NCBI GenBank assembly: GCA_035221665.1
Contig: CM069156.1
Span: forward strand, 17,360,001-17,424,000
Reading direction: 5' to 3'
Origin: Okamejei kenojei
Taxonomy: Eukaryota
Length of the DNA stretch: 64,000 nt
The notes beneath the pieces were generated by a model. The model saw nothing but the letters and a program-made list of their open reading frames with translations. It ran no database searches and had not been told where the DNA came from. Positions 1 to 15,177 of this stretch are shown here, piece after piece. Numbering within the stretch: position 1 is the first letter of the stretch; each line of letters starts with the position of its first letter. The position numbers and the translations under genes are program-made.

Positions 1-3000
1 GAGTACGTATAGGGCTACGCCATCCTGATTATATTACAAATACCAGGCTGCTCAGCAGATTTAACCATGTCTTTCTTGTCGCTGCAATCAAAACAATGTC
101 TTAGATGGAGTTTATGGAACAACCCAGACCAGGAACTGTGGCAAAAGCTACATGCATTTGAGCGGGTGAGGGAAAGAGATGTACTCAACAGAAGCTGTTG
201 ACTGCATTAATTCCTGTTCATGTTCGTTATGGGGAAGGAAATGAGCACTTAAGGTACAAACCAAAGATACAAACTGCTCAAGAGTGGTTTGGATACATGT
301 TAGCAAATTACCATTCCAACTTGGAATAATAACATACAGCTCAAAGTGGGTAAAACAAGATTAAAATCTGCATCCTGTCAAGGCGCCTCAACAATAAGCA
401 GAGTGCTGACACAAATTGTGCCAATGAAGTGGCAAGAGAAATAGATACATTAAAACTTTTTCAATAAATAGCTTCAAAATAGCCTGTATTGTTGAAAATG
501 TCTGCTGAAATACAAACATAAATTAAGCCGAGAGTAAACCTTTGCGGTATAAACTATTTAATTTCAAATGTCATCAGAAGTAATCCAAGCCTTTGGATAA
601 AAACCAGGCTGCAAAAATATTTTCTATGCAAAATAACACTTGAGAATCAGTGACATTGATCACAAAGCAATGACTGCACGTTGATATGTAAACAGCTCAA
701 TCCACACATCAACGCTGGCGGTGAAAGGCCGCAACTGAAAAAGCAACTGCATGCAGACCAATAAATACACTTAACCAGTACTGTGTGAAAAATGCGCTTA
801 TGTTGCAACTTGTTGTATGCTGTAGTTCATTCCAAATTAAATATCCAACTTCCCAATCTTTTCACTGTCCAGATCATGGCTCAGTGTGAACAGGACTGCA
901 TACAGATCAAGTGCAGAAAGGTCTACTTAGATGCAAACATGACCTAAACCTATGACAAACCTTAGTATTATCAGTGATTCAAGTATATATGCCGTCAGAA
1001 ATAAAGCCTTTTGACAAAATGCATTATTTGGCTGAAAAATTGGAAAGTCAATCCAACTCAGATAACAAACAAAGACAACTCTGTCTTATCAGAATGTAGC
1101 ATGGTCAAAGTACGTGTCAAAACCAACTGTCACTGCCTGCAAAGGGCCGGGTATAAATAGTCCATGAAGCACCAAACTGACCACATTCCACATTACCATT
1201 GCATATGAAAGCCCATTCCTCACCATGACCCCAGTTGGAATTTCCCACCCTTAATGCTGGCTGGTAGCCTCCACCATTCAGTTATCCAGCTCCAGTAACA
1301 ATTTTGGTGCAAGTGAATGTCTCAATGGTGAGAAGCCTATGAAACAGGATGACCCCAGGAAGAGTAAACATCTCTGACTTAGTCTGGGTTATCAAGGGTG
1401 CGAGCAAATCTGGTGAATGATGTCGATATGATTGTTTGCCCAAAAGACCAGCTAACAAGGCTGTTTAATGGGGGAAACAATTGAATGAAGGCAGAAGCAG
1501 CCCAAATATAAACAAATATTTGATTGAATTTTTCCAACTTCTGCTTCTTCCAAGATGATTGGCATTGAAACATGTTGACATTTCTCAGTGGTGCTTGAGT
1601 GTTTCTTGAGGGTGCATGGCAGGTATGATGCTATTCCCCACTGCAACAAGGGCACAACCGAGCAATGTCACCAGGGCTTTATACGGAAATCCTATGAGGG
1701 CCAGGCACATCCACCCTCCTTCAACCACCTGTGTCGAGTGATGTGAACTCCGTTCACACTGGGGCCGACTTGTTGATCCAAGCGAATGACAGGCGGCAAC
1801 TATCTGTGAGTATATAGAATGATCACTGTCTTTCAACATTCAAGACAATAACAAACTATTTCTCTTCACTAACACAAATAATGGACCATTAATGAGGCAA
1901 AGACAAATTAAATTATTTGAGTTAAACTGTTGAAGGAGAACCATGTCAAGGAACCTGTCAAGGAAGTTGACACCAGAAACCGACAATCGGAACCACGGCG
2001 AGGACTTAATTGTAAAGAACTAGACAATTTTACATGGCATGAGGTGACCTAGCTTCCAGTCCACACAGCAAGCCAAAAATATTCTTTAAACATGCCTTAT
2101 TGAGTAACAGGTTAATAGATTGGACTGCACTGTAATATGTTTAGTGATGCCAACTTCAATAAAGCAACAAATACCATGAACATTGAGGATTACTGTCAAT
2201 ACAGAAGCAGAACTATCCTGATTGTCTATGTCGCAAAGGCATACATCAATATAGTCCCTTTGGCAATAGAGAAAGGACAGGTGATGTTTGGCTGCCACAC
2301 AATAGGTGTGTATCAACTGTGAGATCACTTGGAGGAGGTTATTACTGATTTCATGCTGACAGAAGGTTATCCGTTTGAAATGTCAAATTGACCTCTCTCA
2401 ACAAATGTTATCTGAGCTGCTGAGTAATTCCAGCATCTTCTATCCTTTTCAGATTTCCAGTGTTTAATGCATTTCACTTTAGTCTTGGGTAAACAGGACA
2501 AACTAGGGGTTAGAGCAGCAATTAAAAAATAGTTCAGGCGTGGTTTGGTCTTGTGAGGAAATTTAGCTTCAAACATCACTAAAGCAATGAGCAAAGATCT
2601 GAAGGATAAAATAAATTATGAAAGTGATTGCCCTTGGCATCAATAAAGCATTTGTCTGTTAGCATCCAGGAGCCTATGTACAACTGAAGAATTGGGAATT
2701 AAATGAGAAATTCTCCAATGATGAAGTTACACCTGACAAACTAGAGGGTAATTTCAGCAATAGAACAAAACATATTTTAAACTTCATTAACAATCTTCAC
2801 TCAGTCATAAAGTCACAAGTGAAAATGTTCACTTATCATTTCTCAACAGTCACTTTCATTTACAGCCACTTAGATAATGTAGTCAGCCAAGGTCACATGT
2901 CCTACATCTGAACAACATTCAGTAATTGGTTGATAAATAGCCATAATATTTACACCAAGCAGTGACCATTTCTTAGTGAATCCAACCATCTGTGCGAGAT

Positions 3001-6000
3001 CTTCTTCAACAATGCGTGATTTAATTCTCCACTACTGTCCAAAACTTATCCAGATCAATGCAAATGTTGTCGCTACTACTGCAGGTTAAGGTTCCACACT
3101 CAAATTCACTTTCTAAAGCCTTTCCACTATTTAAAGGGAGGTGGGGGCAGGACAAAGTCTGGCAAGTAAAAGGTATACCACTTTACTTGCCAGAGTTCCT
3201 GTGAGTCACACATCAAGCTGCTATGGAAAGATATAGAAGGTGCTTCAATATAACTTGTGGAACTCCCTCCTTCAACACATTGCTGAAATAAATCTCATAA
3301 ATAACTCCAGCAATTCAAGTAGTTCATTGCCAGTTCATTGTACAGTAATTAGTAATGGACCATAGCTTTTGGTCATGCCATCAATGCTGAATCCTACAAA
3401 AGAATAAAAAAAGGTAACCATTTCAACTATCCTGAAATAGTGAACAGTCACAATTATATTTGTTTCTCTCATCTTATCAATCTTCTAGTCATCTTGGCAT
3501 GGTTTAGGCTTGTGTGAAAATCTTCAAATTGGATACATTGGCTGTTCTTGCACAAGACGAACCTACCACTGTGAAGCGGTCTTTCAGCAGAAGACAGACA
3601 AGTTTGGAGAGAGGACATCTTAGAAACTTAATGATGTTGGCTGATAAAGCTGGAAAGGGTCCACTCAATGTACTGTATAAATATCAGGAGACCCAAATAT
3701 TTATTGGTCACCGAATTATAAGTTTTAATAAATTTACCATATTTCATTTTATTGATGATAAGCAACATTCCACGGCCTATAAAACATCCCACTTTTTTCT
3801 CTGGGTAAGACTACATTGAAGATCTCCATTCCATTTCTTGATAGATGAAATTCCCACTTTGACCACTGATCAAGGTGGTAAAAAGAGGACCCATGTAATG
3901 ACCTTTCCCGTGATAGATAATAAGGCAAAGATCCAGGAAAACACAGGGATAGTGAAGGCTGCAAATAGCTTTATGTACACTTATCCATTTACGTTTTAAA
4001 TTACAGGATAGAACAACCTATCCTTGATATTCAATGATATCACCTTCACTAAACTTCCCACTGTCAATATCTTCAGGGTCAACGAATCATCAGAAACACA
4101 AATGTACAGGTGGAAGAACACTGTGGCTGCCAGGGTACTGCAAGAGACTGCACTTCCTGAAAACACCACAGTAATTACACTATTTTTCGTAAGAGGTACA
4201 CGCTGCAAACACTGAGCCGGTGGTAGAGGGTTGAATGTAATGATTGGATAGAGTGCCAGTCAATTCCATAAACAGGGGAACACCACCACATTGTCCAACT
4301 GTTGGCTGCCAATTATAAAACTCTGCACCCAACAGCATTGTAGGAGTAGTTTCATCATAAGGGCTATCGTGTTTCAAGATGTGTCGGAAAGAACTGCAGA
4401 TGCTGGTTTAAACCCAAGATAGACACAAAAAGCTGGAGTAACTGAGCGGGTCAGACAGCATCTCTGGAGAAAGGCAATAGATGACATTGCGGGTCGAGTC
4501 TGAAGAAAGGTTTCGCCTTTGTCGTTTACTCAGCCCACAAGCAAATCACACCCCCTTCTCACCTGTATCAGCCCGTCACCTACCTGGCTATGCCCCAACC
4601 CTACCTCTCCTTTCAAGCTTTCTGCCCTCTAATCCATCAGTCTGAAGAAGGGCCCAGACAGAAACTTTGTCTGTCCATTCCCATCAGGTGGTGGCTGACC
4701 CAGAGTTCCTCCAGCACATGGAATTTTTTGCTCAAAATTCCTGCAACTGCAGTCTCATATTAGCAGATCTTAACCCAATAAAAATACATTAACATTTATT
4801 TATAATGCATTAATTTCTGTTCTACCGACAAACCTGCCAAAAAGTCAATTTCTATTGCCAGTTTCTTGTTATCTTCCCAAACTTCTGGACACACTTACAA
4901 TTATTTAGATGTGAATTTCATTCTGAGTATATAAAATTGGCAATGTTATTTGAACAACAGATAGCAAGTTCACATAAAGATAGTGTCTGAAAATTTGAGC
5001 AGTGGCTTGTTTCCTTATGTTTGCTGGTTGCTAATGGGTTTCTGTCTACTGGCTGTTCAAATATTGGAACTAATTGTCTACTTCCACAGCTTTGTGTCCT
5101 TTGTTGATGTGAAAAATATTTTTTTAGGAATGACAGAGGGGTGGTGCAGATTTAAATTTCTGGTCAAGAGATTGGAGGACCTGAGGCATCGAGAAATTAT
5201 GATCTGTAAATCCGTTCGCAGGGTTGAGAGAACCAGAGACAATTAGGCTTTTAAAAGTGGATTGTACAATCGCTAAAGATACTGATTTGCAGCGCTATGG
5301 GCTAACAAATAACAGGGTAAACAATCAATGGGGATTGCTGATGGATGACATAATGAGTCGAATGGCCTCCCCGATGTCACAGCGAACTTACGACCATCTC
5401 CCTCCTCAACAAGCACAAAATGCATGAGTAAAGTATTTGAAACCATATTTAGCCACATGTCCAACGTAAGGATCCATTGCAGCCTCCTCCTAAAGTACCC
5501 TGTGGCACACAAGCCAACCTTCAGCCGTTATAAGTTAGTCAGTATGGGATCAAAAAGATCTGAGATCTTTGGATCTAACGCGGTATAAGTCCTCTCAACA
5601 ACCCAAATGTCATGTCGATTTTTTTTTCTGGATGAGCTGCAACTCTAGACAAGTTGCTGCAGCAAAATTACAATACAGGCGTCTATCCAAGAAAGCGGGG
5701 TTGTTCAATAATATTTGCTCTCGGATTCAATCTTGATCTTGGGTACTGTGTGGAGCTTGCATTTTCTCTCAATGACTGTGTATTTCTCCTAGACATATTG
5801 GTTATCTCCCACACTCCAAAGACATTCTGGTCGGTAACGGTTATACCTGAGTGTTGGCTTCAGCAAAAAGAATCAAAGGGAGGCTGGCATGCATATGTGA
5901 GAAAGAATAATTTGCAGCAGTATATGGCAATATGGGGAAGGGCAATGGAATTAACGGGATTGCTCCCATGAGGGTCGACATTTTTCCCCCATATTTTATT

Positions 6001-7959
6001 CCAGATCTACGGCATCCAGCGTTTTTCAGTAATTTCAAATACTGATTCTGTTGCCCTTTTTCTAATCATCAGGAGCCACAAGAGACTTCTTCACGTACCA
6101 TTACCATCCTATTTTCCTTTATGCTGTGACTATCTTGGTCATTCAACCTTTCCCCTCTCATCTTATCATGTATTTTCTTTAATCCTCTCCTTCTCCTTTG
6201 CAACTAAAACACTTTCCAATCTGAAACGTTGACCGTTTTCTCTCTCTCCACTTATGCTGATGGGCCTGCTAAGGATTTCCAATTTGTTTTCATGCCAGTT
6301 CCTTTGCCCAAATTGTAAAGCCACCAGGAGGTCAGAGGTAGGCCACTGTTTGAACATTGATAGAGCAACTTAACTCCCTCCAATTCTAGCCTTTCTATGT
6401 TAGTAGGCTATCCAGTTTACCACCCGGGTGAAATTTACCCAACTGAATGTTTGCTGAAAAGTAAACCATGCCCAAGCTGAATATCCTCTTGAATTCTTAA
6501 ATGGCAAACAAGATTAGGTCAAACCATTCCCTTTCCCATCTGTATGGTGAAGACGATTACACACAGCAGAGATTGAACTTGGGTCAGTCCTACTCTGTGC
6601 AATATTGGAACTGTTCTCTCTAAATCCCTTTTGCACTGACGGCAGATGCAGCTGGAAACATGTTTGTGAACAAACAGTGAGCAAAAAAAACAAGCTGCCT
6701 GGAACATTTACCAATTAGTAAATGATACTGTGGAGTCTAAGAACAATGTCTCTCATAGATGTGATTCTTCTTCAGGAAGGCTGGAATTGGAGGGTTAAAT
6801 TCCTCTGTCACTCTTCAGCGACTGGCCTCCTCGTGACCTGCTGGTGGCTTTACAATGTGGCCAAAGGAACATTGCAATTATACGGTCCCAAAACCAGCAC
6901 CACAAGGCACCCGCATGCTGACAAAACAATAAGCTTGAGCTTTCCAGCGATGACAACATCTGGCATTTGTTCGAAATCAATTTTGGATGCAAGGCATTCC
7001 TGCTGTCTATATCTCATATGTTCAACACAGCAGGAACAGCACGAGTGGAACAGGAAATTCAGTGGTAACAAAAGCAATCCAAAAATGCTTGCTTCAATAT
7101 CAGTCCAATAAATCACATACCTCGGTCACCGTGAATTTCCTGGTTCTCAGGATGTTGCATCCTCATTGCAATTTCTTTGTTTGGGTCAAATTAGTTCACT
7201 ACACCTTTTCCCACTACAACATAAAATCCTGCTTGGTAATTTATAATCAGTGTATAATTTTTTCTTCTTACTTTATCTCTATTCACTGGCCCAGAAGCCA
7301 GTGGTCATTAAGTCAGTCATACAGCATGGAAGCAAGGCCCTTTGACCCACCTGATCCATGTCGACTAAGATGCCTCATCTACGCTCGCCCCACATGTCCA
7401 CATTTGGCCCATATACCTTTAAACCTTTCCTACCACGAATAGTTTAAGTGAATATACAATTTTTACTGCACTGCCATACTTCATGCCTGTCTCAGCTAAT
7501 ATGTGATGGAAACATGGCTGTTGCCTTAAGACCTGACCATTCCAATTTACTCCGAGATATCTCCCATGTTTTTTCAGCAAGGCGATACTAGAATGAACAT
7601 TTTCATTTCAAAATTATTTAGTATCCTCATTCTTTGCCTTACAATTGTCTGAAATATCTGCATTCATGCTATTCTGGATTCTCGCATGACAGTGAATTCG
7701 CCTTCACTGCCAAGGTACAGAGTAATGAAATTCTGTTCCACTTCAATATTTCCTTCTTCTAGATATACCTCAAAATCACTTTTGTGTCCAATATAAAATC
7801 TGATGCAGTGACTGGAAGGGATAAAGTATGCCCTTATGCTTCATAGCATCACCCCGTTCTATAATTTCATCCACATATCTTTCATATGCCAAAAGAAGAA
7901 TGTACTCTCTAGACAGGAGCCACTGCAAGGTAAAAAGGCATAAAGGATGCAGATCAAAA

Positions 7960-8120
7960 GATCATAAGTGATAGGAGCAGAATTAGGCCATTCAGCCCAT
8001 CAAGTCTACTCTGCCATTCAATCATGGCTGATCTATCTCACCCTCCTAACCCCATTCTCCTGCCTTCTTCCCATATCCCCTGACACCCGTACTAATCAAG
8101 AATCTATCTATCTCTGCCCT
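7960..8120 (-). mobile_element. CR1 3' end
   Basis: Matches 23225-23370. Confidence 0.75.
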
Positions 8121-8869
8121 ATGTAGCCTTTAGGTGTAACATTAGATATCGCTCCTTTGCCCAAAGGGTATGTTAGCCAATTGCCCCTTCTCATCTTCCA
8201 CTGTGCATTCAAGTCAGCAAAGAGAAATGATAAAATCTAGACTGAACTAGCAGCGAAGATGCAGTGATTTAAATTCCTGTCTCTCCATTTAATATTTAAA
8301 AAATGTCAGCATTTTAACAACCAAAAAAATTGACATCCACTAATAACACTGAGATAGCATGCCCCAGATGATAAAACAGCAAAATGAAATGAAATTAATG
8401 CATTTAAAATTGCAGCATGCTGTCAATTCAAATTACATGTCATTTTGAAAATTATTAGACAATTCTGTCAGCTGAAAGTCAGACTTACTTAGCCAAACCA
8501 CTACCGTCACCACCGTGTAAATTAAAATGACTAGAATGCATAAGTAATTTGCACTTTTCCTCTCCATTTCCAGAAGGCACTGCTCCTCACTTGATATTGT
8601 TTCTTAGCCACAGGCTGCCCGCCGAGCAACAGAAAGTGAATGGCGAACCTTCAGTTTCTACATGTCCAACACAACGCCTCAACACCCGACAGTATCCATT
8701 GAAAAAGTTTGATTCATTTAAAAAGGTTGGGAAATCTGATGTTGCACATGCAACATCCCTAAAAATGAATTCTCAAAGGCAGCTTTTGATGTCAAGATTA
8801 AAAACCTGCCAACTTCATCACCCAAAGTCTATGACACTTCTTTTCAAGAAGTCACAGCAGTCAGAAGTA

Positions 8870-9110
8870 ACGTAACAGCTAGTGTTCCTACTGCACAGCT
8901 CCAGCGACACAGAAATAATCCTGATGTCAGGTGTTGTGAGCATGATTTCCCACTGGGAGCTCCAGTATGGTCCCAGATCTTAAACAGGTAAGTTAATTGT
9001 AAATTGCCCCAGAGTAGATGTGCTGAAGGGGAATTGGTGGGATGGGGAGGATTTGAGAATATAAGAGACATATAAGAGAATATGTTACAAATAATGGGAC
9101 TGACAAGGAT
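8870..9110 (+). mobile_element. V-SINE (HE1-like), degenerate
   Basis: TGTAAATTGCCCC..GTAG tail shared with 41565-41600. Confidence 0.55.
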
Positions 9111-9119
9111 GATGGGCAA

Positions 9120-9538
9120 ACAACTTCCCTCTCTGCATCACGTTAAGCTTCGGTGGAGGCCCTGGTCCCGTCTCTCTCTCTCGCTCACACACCCATCTCC
9201 CCTGCTCTCCCTCTGCGGCTATGGCCGTCCCGTCTACCCATCCCCCAGGTGAATGGCTGCGACGGTAAGTCTCCTCCACCGCTGCCGCGGTAACTCACCC
9301 TCACGACCCTGAGGGTGAGTTTGGGGTAGGGGAGGAGGAGAGGGGAAAGAAGAGGGAGAGTGAAGAGGAGGGGGAGGGAGTGATGGGAGATGAGGTGAAA
9401 TGAGCCGCGCCTGCGCAGTTGGGGGCTATGCATGAGTGGTGGAATATTGCGTTGGGTGAACGGTAGCGTCGGGAGAACAGGTGAGTGGTGGGATGTTGCG
9501 TTGGGGAGGCATACCCAGCGGGTTTGCACTTAGTTTAG
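9120..9538 (+). mobile_element. Non-autonomous Helitron fragment (same family as 52899-54266)
   Basis: 9151-9300 aligns to 53228-53362 and 9410-9538 aligns to 54140-54266; degenerate hairpin then TTAG|T. Confidence 0.75.
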
Positions 9539-10106
9539 TCTTCCAAATAAATGCCATGAAATTCCTGTGCATTTGGCACAGACTATTGCGCCAATAGGGA
9601 TAAATACACATCAGTGGGAGGATGCATGTGAAACATAAACACTGGCAAAAATCAGATGGCCAGAATCACTCATTTTAATTCATGTGAATTTGGAGTAATC
9701 TGAGATGAGATTAGGCTAAAAGCACTCCAATTAGTTTGCTCCTAGACTGATAAGGCACGGACCGGGAGGAAGTATATGGAAGCAGCACTCCTGAATATCA
9801 CATACTAAACTGCAACGTGGTGTGCGTGTCAGCTTAGAACAGGCTCAATTGCAACTCCTCCCATGGTCAAAGAGTCAGCCCAGACTCTGACAATACAATG
9901 TCAGGAGGCTTTTGGTGTTGGAATATACACCACAAAAGTCACATAGAAATTAATGTCTCCTGAATTAAAAAAAAAAAAAATCCATGTTCAGACAGGAAGC
10001 CAAAAACAAAATTTAACCTGTACTTCAACTTCCTTCAATAAGAAGTGTTACCCTGGAGAGGGAATAAAGAGAAAATGTCAGGCTGTGCAAATCATAAGCA
10101 TGCCTA

Positions 10107-11075
10107 ATATGCAAGTTCGGTATTCCGAAAAACGCAAGGAATCATAGGATTTGTCAAAGGTCATTCACCACAAAGAAAAAGCGAACGAAGCGCTGGCCGT
10201 ATAAATTCTTATCTTTATTCATAATTTATGTGTAAAAATATATTTAATCTGAGAACGGGGTGTAACAGCAAGAGGGAGTGAGACAGGGAAGAGACTGGAC
10301 CAGCGGAGAGACATTCTCGGCAGCCGCTCGCACTCAGACCAGCACTTCATCCGCAGCCAGGATCGAACCCGGGTCCACAACACCGCAAGTGCTGCCGAAC
10401 CGCCACTGGATATGTGTGTGTGCGTGCGTGTGTGTGTGTCCCCACCCGAGTGTCCCATCCCTGCCCGGGGGGCAGCCAGAGACATCCAGGGAGACCCCGG
10501 ACTGACGGGACACCAGCGGCCCCAGGCCCACAACCAGCGCAGAGAAGAAGCTCCAACTCCAGCCCAACCCCGCTCCAACTCCTGAGGAACCTGCCCCCAA
10601 CAGGACGGGACCCACCAGCCACACCCCCCGCCCCACCCAGCGGCCGCCAGACAACACCCTCCCCCCCGGAAGTCGAGCACCAGCCATCAACGGGATACAC
10701 GCAAAGCACTGCAGCAACTCAGCTGGACAGGCAGCATCCCCGGAGAAAAGGAATGGGTGACGTTTCGGGTAGAGACCCTTCCCCAGAGAAGTTGCCTGAC
10801 CCACCGAACCACCGCAGCACCCTATTTGGATCCCCACCGATGACCGGCGCTCGACGCCCACCGGCACCAAGGGGGCCAACCGACAGCCACTGGACAAGGA
10901 GAGAGGCGCAGCAGACGGTCCCGGCCCGTCGGGGAATGGCCCGCTCGGGAGCCGGAGCAGAGCCGAGCTGGAGCCAGAGCCCCCCTCCCCGCGCCGGCTG
11001 CAAGTCTGGGCCGCCGTCACCCCGCTAGCCGGATAGGAACGGGACACCCAGGAGGGGACGGGTTGACAGTGACAG
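10107..11075. mobile_element. GC-rich non-autonomous interspersed repeat (possibly Helitron/Helentron-like), copy 1
   Basis: Inverted homology to 60945-61551 over ~600 bp; terminal hairpin TTCGG-TATT-CCGAA; internal tRNA-like B-box; short Penelope-type insert at ~10715-10810. Confidence 0.7.
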
Positions 11076-11779
11076 TTAAAACACCTGACAGTTAAAAAAC
11101 CTCACAGAAGGTTGAGCAAATGTCACCAGCCACAACCACATTATCTTTTTACCTTGGGTTGACCACACAAATTGATCAAAGCCACTCCGAACCATCTGTT
11201 AACAATTTTGTTTGAGCAAGTTTAAAGAATCAAATTTATTGTGGATGTGGTACAACAGAATTGCACATAATTAACAATTATTTAGGAATACCATACAAGA
11301 TCACAAGGATGCCTGGTTTGGGGAAATTCAGTAACACAAGTCCAGCATATTTATTTTATGGAATTGGAGTTAAAATGCCTTACAGGAGTTCTACTCTGCA
11401 TCGTAAGATCCTGCAGTAGAAGACGTGGTAGTGCATGCTTTAAGCTCTGGGTGGAGAAAACTGAAAACCATTCCAGATATCACTACACAGATTTCTCTCC
11501 TTCAGTGGACACAACACGACTCTGATCCAGAGGGTGATTTGCACCGTTGCATGGTGGATACATCTGTGCCACTGATTTTTTTGTTCCTTCAGCTGAAACC
11601 TGACCAGATATTGTCAGATATCAGACCAGATATCGTCTGAAGAAGGGTTTCGATCCGAAACGTTGCCTATTTCTTTCGCTCCATAGATGCTGCCTCACCC
11701 GCTGAGTTTCTCCAGCATTTTTGTCTACCTTCGATTTTTAGCATCTGCAGTTCCTTCTTAAACAGATATTGTCAGCGAT

Positions 11780-12345
11780 TCTTTCACTGAACACCTCCAC
11801 TCAGTCTGCCTAAACCTACCTGATCTCCAGGTTGCTAAACACTTTAACTGCCCCTCCCATTCCCCCACTGACATTTCTATCTTGGGCATCCTCCATTGTC
11901 TTAGAGGGAGGTGCAGTGCAAATTGGAGGAAGAACACCTCATATTTCGCTTGGGCAGCTTACACCCCATCGGTATGAACATTGACCTCTCTAACTTCAAG
12001 TAACCCTTGCTTTCCCTCTCTCTCCATCCCTCCCCCTTCCTGGTTCTCCGAACAGTCTGACTGTCTCCCTGATTACATTTTATCTCTGTTTGCTTTGTTG
12101 TCAACTTATCCTTGCTGACAATGATCCATTCTACACTTTCCGTGAACTTCATCTCTTTTGATGTCTTGTTTTGACACTTTTCCCCTTCCTTATCTCTGTG
12201 TCTACCTCTCCCCTGACTCTCAGTCTGAAGAAGGGTCTCGATCCGTAACATCGCCCACTCCTTCTATCCAAAGATGCTGCCTGTGCCGCTGAGGTTTGTG
12301 TCTATCTTCGGTGTCAACTAGCATCTGCGGTTCCTTCGTACACAG
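11780..12345 (+). mobile_element. Penelope-like element 3' end (GIY-YIG C-terminus plus pseudo-LTR)
   Basis: PDLQVAKHFN.PSH..ILGILH..KLEEEHLIFRLGSLHP.GMNID, followed by the CTGAAGAAGGGTCTCGA.. repeat. Confidence 0.8.
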
Positions 12346-14407
12346 ATATTGTATGCTGTTATTTAAGAATACAAAAAGGTCAAAATGACTCCAAAATTAT
12401 TTACGCAGTGATTCCTCTGCAAAAAGAAACATTAAAAGGGAAGTGCAATATTTTGATGCTGCAGGCCCGATGAGAAAAACACAGGAAGCTGCTGACCTTT
12501 ACTGGAATGTAATGGAATGACTCAGTGAATCTCAAAAATATGAATTAATGATACCAGGTGCATGGGAAGAGATAAAATTTCTAAAAGAAAGGGATAGAAC
12601 TGCCAGGAAACAAAGGAAAATAGGCCTGGAAACAGAACAATTACACCAAAGGAGGAAACAATTCTCCCCAAAATCTTTGAACCAGCACTTCAAACAGTTA
12701 GTTCTGATTCCCTTCACTTTCCGAGCAAACTTGTAATCCTTTCTTCTTTGCACTCACTCAATTATTTTTGAAGTTCAACGGTGAAATTTTATCCTTCTTT
12801 CTTTCAGGCAGTCCATTCCAAATCCAAAGAACTCACTGCAAAAAAAATATTTCCTCACATTTGCTCCAGATCGTTTACCAGTCAGCGTTCACTGGTGAAT
12901 TGTTCATCAGTCCTGGGAATCATTTCTCCTTATTTATTCCACCAGAGGACTTTGTGATTTTCAAAACAAAACTATCTCATCCAGAAACGTCGCCCATTCC
13001 TTCTCTCCAGGGATGCTGCCTGTCCCACTGAGTTAATCCAGCATTTAGTGTGTATCTTTGGCATAAACCAGCACCTTTGGTGTAAACCAGGCAGTTCCTT
13101 CCTACCCATTTATCACCTGTTTCTTACAACATTATTCCTGTTTGTCAGTTAGCAATTGTCTTTCAACCTATCATATGCCTTGCTTTATTTTAGCTCCTCT
13201 TTTCCCAGCCTCTGCACTTATTTAAAACCATCTATATATCAGAATATTTCCTAGTTCTGGGACAGAAATTCTATCTCAGTTTTTGAGATGCTGCCCAATA
13301 ATCTATTGAACACAATCAATATTTCCTCTTTTTATTCCCATCGTCAAACTAGTTGGGCCAAATTGTCTGATTCTGTGCTGTAAATTTAATGAAATGATGG
13401 GCTGTCTGTCATTGGTAGGAGAGCGGGAGGTGTTGCAAAGAATCTAATATACAATCATGAAAGTGATTTTTTTCCATGCTGTGGTTGGATCCAAAATAAA
13501 TTCTGTGTTGTGTGCCAGAAGGTAAAACAAATACGCAGAAGCAATATAGTAGATGCCGTAAATCTAAACTAAAAACAGCTATTTCTGGAAATAGTCAGAC
13601 AGCATCTGTGGAGAGGGCAACTGTTAACATTTCAGGTCAACGATCTCCTATAATGTAAAGAAGCAGCACAATGTAAGCTCAACTAACTGCATATGGCTCT
13701 CCACCAGTAACATTTACTGCCTTCTGGAGTCAAGTGTGTTGCTCAAGTAATGTTGACAACATTGTGTACTTAGAAAATCCACACGTAAATAATATTAAGC
13801 ATTTCCAGAACTGTGGAAAGATAAATGGAAACGGGAAACAGAAATTGGCATTTTATCATAACAGTGAATATCTCAAAAGAAATTAAATGGATTATAAATA
13901 AATATTGATATTAAAGGATCAATGCAGGAGCCTAAGGCCTAAAGTCAAATGAGCAAGCAAGCTGCATTCATCCAAGATCTCAAGCAGCAGAATATGGTTA
14001 AGATACAGCAGATCATAGAGCAGTGCATGGATAATTAAATGTTACAAATGGAATAACTTGGGATGCAAAAAGATTGCTGGTCTCAGAATGTGCTCAAGAC
14101 ATTCAAGTAAGTAGAATAATTCATTTCATGTTATGTGGAGTCATAGAAGATGCAGACAATCTGATATAAGATTCGGTTCTGACATATGGTACCGGTTCTA
14201 ATAATGAACAAAACAGATTTCATGCATGGAAATCTCAACTTGGAAAACTCGGTGTCTGGAGATTTAAACCGTATTTGTACATATGTACATGCTCTAAAAA
14301 ATATAGTAATCTATAAACTTCTTTATTGCATATAACCTGCACTCATCTAGTTAATAATTCCCAAGATGCTCCACAGGAGTATATTCTGTCCAAAATTACG
14401 CCTAATA

Positions 14408-14640
14408 AACAGAGAGTGGTGAGTCTCTGGAACTCTCTGCCACAGAGGGTTGAGGCCAGTTCATTTAAGAGGGAGTTAGATGTGGCCCTTGTGGCTAAGG
14501 GGATCAGAGGGTATGGAGAGAAGGCAGATACGGGATACTGAGTTGGATGATCACCCATGATCATATTGAATGGCGGTGCAAGCTCGAAGGGCCGAATGGC
14601 CTACTCCTGCACCTAATTTCTATGTTTCTATGTTTCTATA
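14408..14640 (+). mobile_element. CR1 LINE 3' end
   Basis: QRVVSLWNSLPQ..FKRELD motif; GGGCCGAATGGCCTACTCC and (TTCTATGT)n tail. Confidence 0.85.
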
Positions 14641-14659
14641 AAGGAAAGCCAAGGAGATA

Positions 14660-15177
14660 TAAACAGTCCCTGGGTTACGCAAGGGTTCTGTACCTCAAAA
14701 CTGTACATAAATCACTTTTTCTTCGCAAGTCATGAACAGTTTCAACAATGGTTAATTATAATTTAGTTAGCGTCTTTCCCTACGTAGTTACAAATAGTAC
14801 AGAAACAGAATGGCTAGTTCAATGGCCATAAAAGTATCAATGGATGATGTTACATTGTTTTATGAACAGAAGCAAAATTTGACTTGTCAGTTTCCAAAGC
14901 AAATCTCTTAAGTAACCTGTTATGCACTAGTTGCTATGTTCTGAAAGACAATGTATCATTTTGATTATTGTGGGGCGGTTATATGTAAACACTTTTTTTT
15001 CAATGGTTTTCTTTTGAACAAACCAGCGACTACCCTTATTCCATAACTCCCAAAGATATATGCTTTCTGAAAACTATGTTTTCTGTCTTGAAAATTATTA
15101 AAAAAAACATTATGGGGGAATGTACATGAGGTTGGGTTGACATAAACCGGGTCTTCATAACACAGGGATCCCCTGTA
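14660..15177. mobile_element. Old Tigger/pogo-like non-autonomous DNA transposon
   Basis: Degenerate TIRs CAGTCCCTGGGTTACG / CATAACACAGGGATCCCCTG|TA. Confidence 0.45.

Noticed and set aside
400-900. Ancient LINE endonuclease remnant (GLSCLHINVQSLL on minus)
   Set aside because: Only one short motif; too degenerate to support.
6722-7442. ORFs of 129-151 aa and a possible minus-strand donor at 7120
   Set aside because: No recognisable protein and no convincing acceptor.
10219-11047. Long overlapping ORFs (up to 237 aa)
   Set aside because: Low-complexity products of a GC-rich repeat; frames are not conserved in the second copy at ~61 kb.
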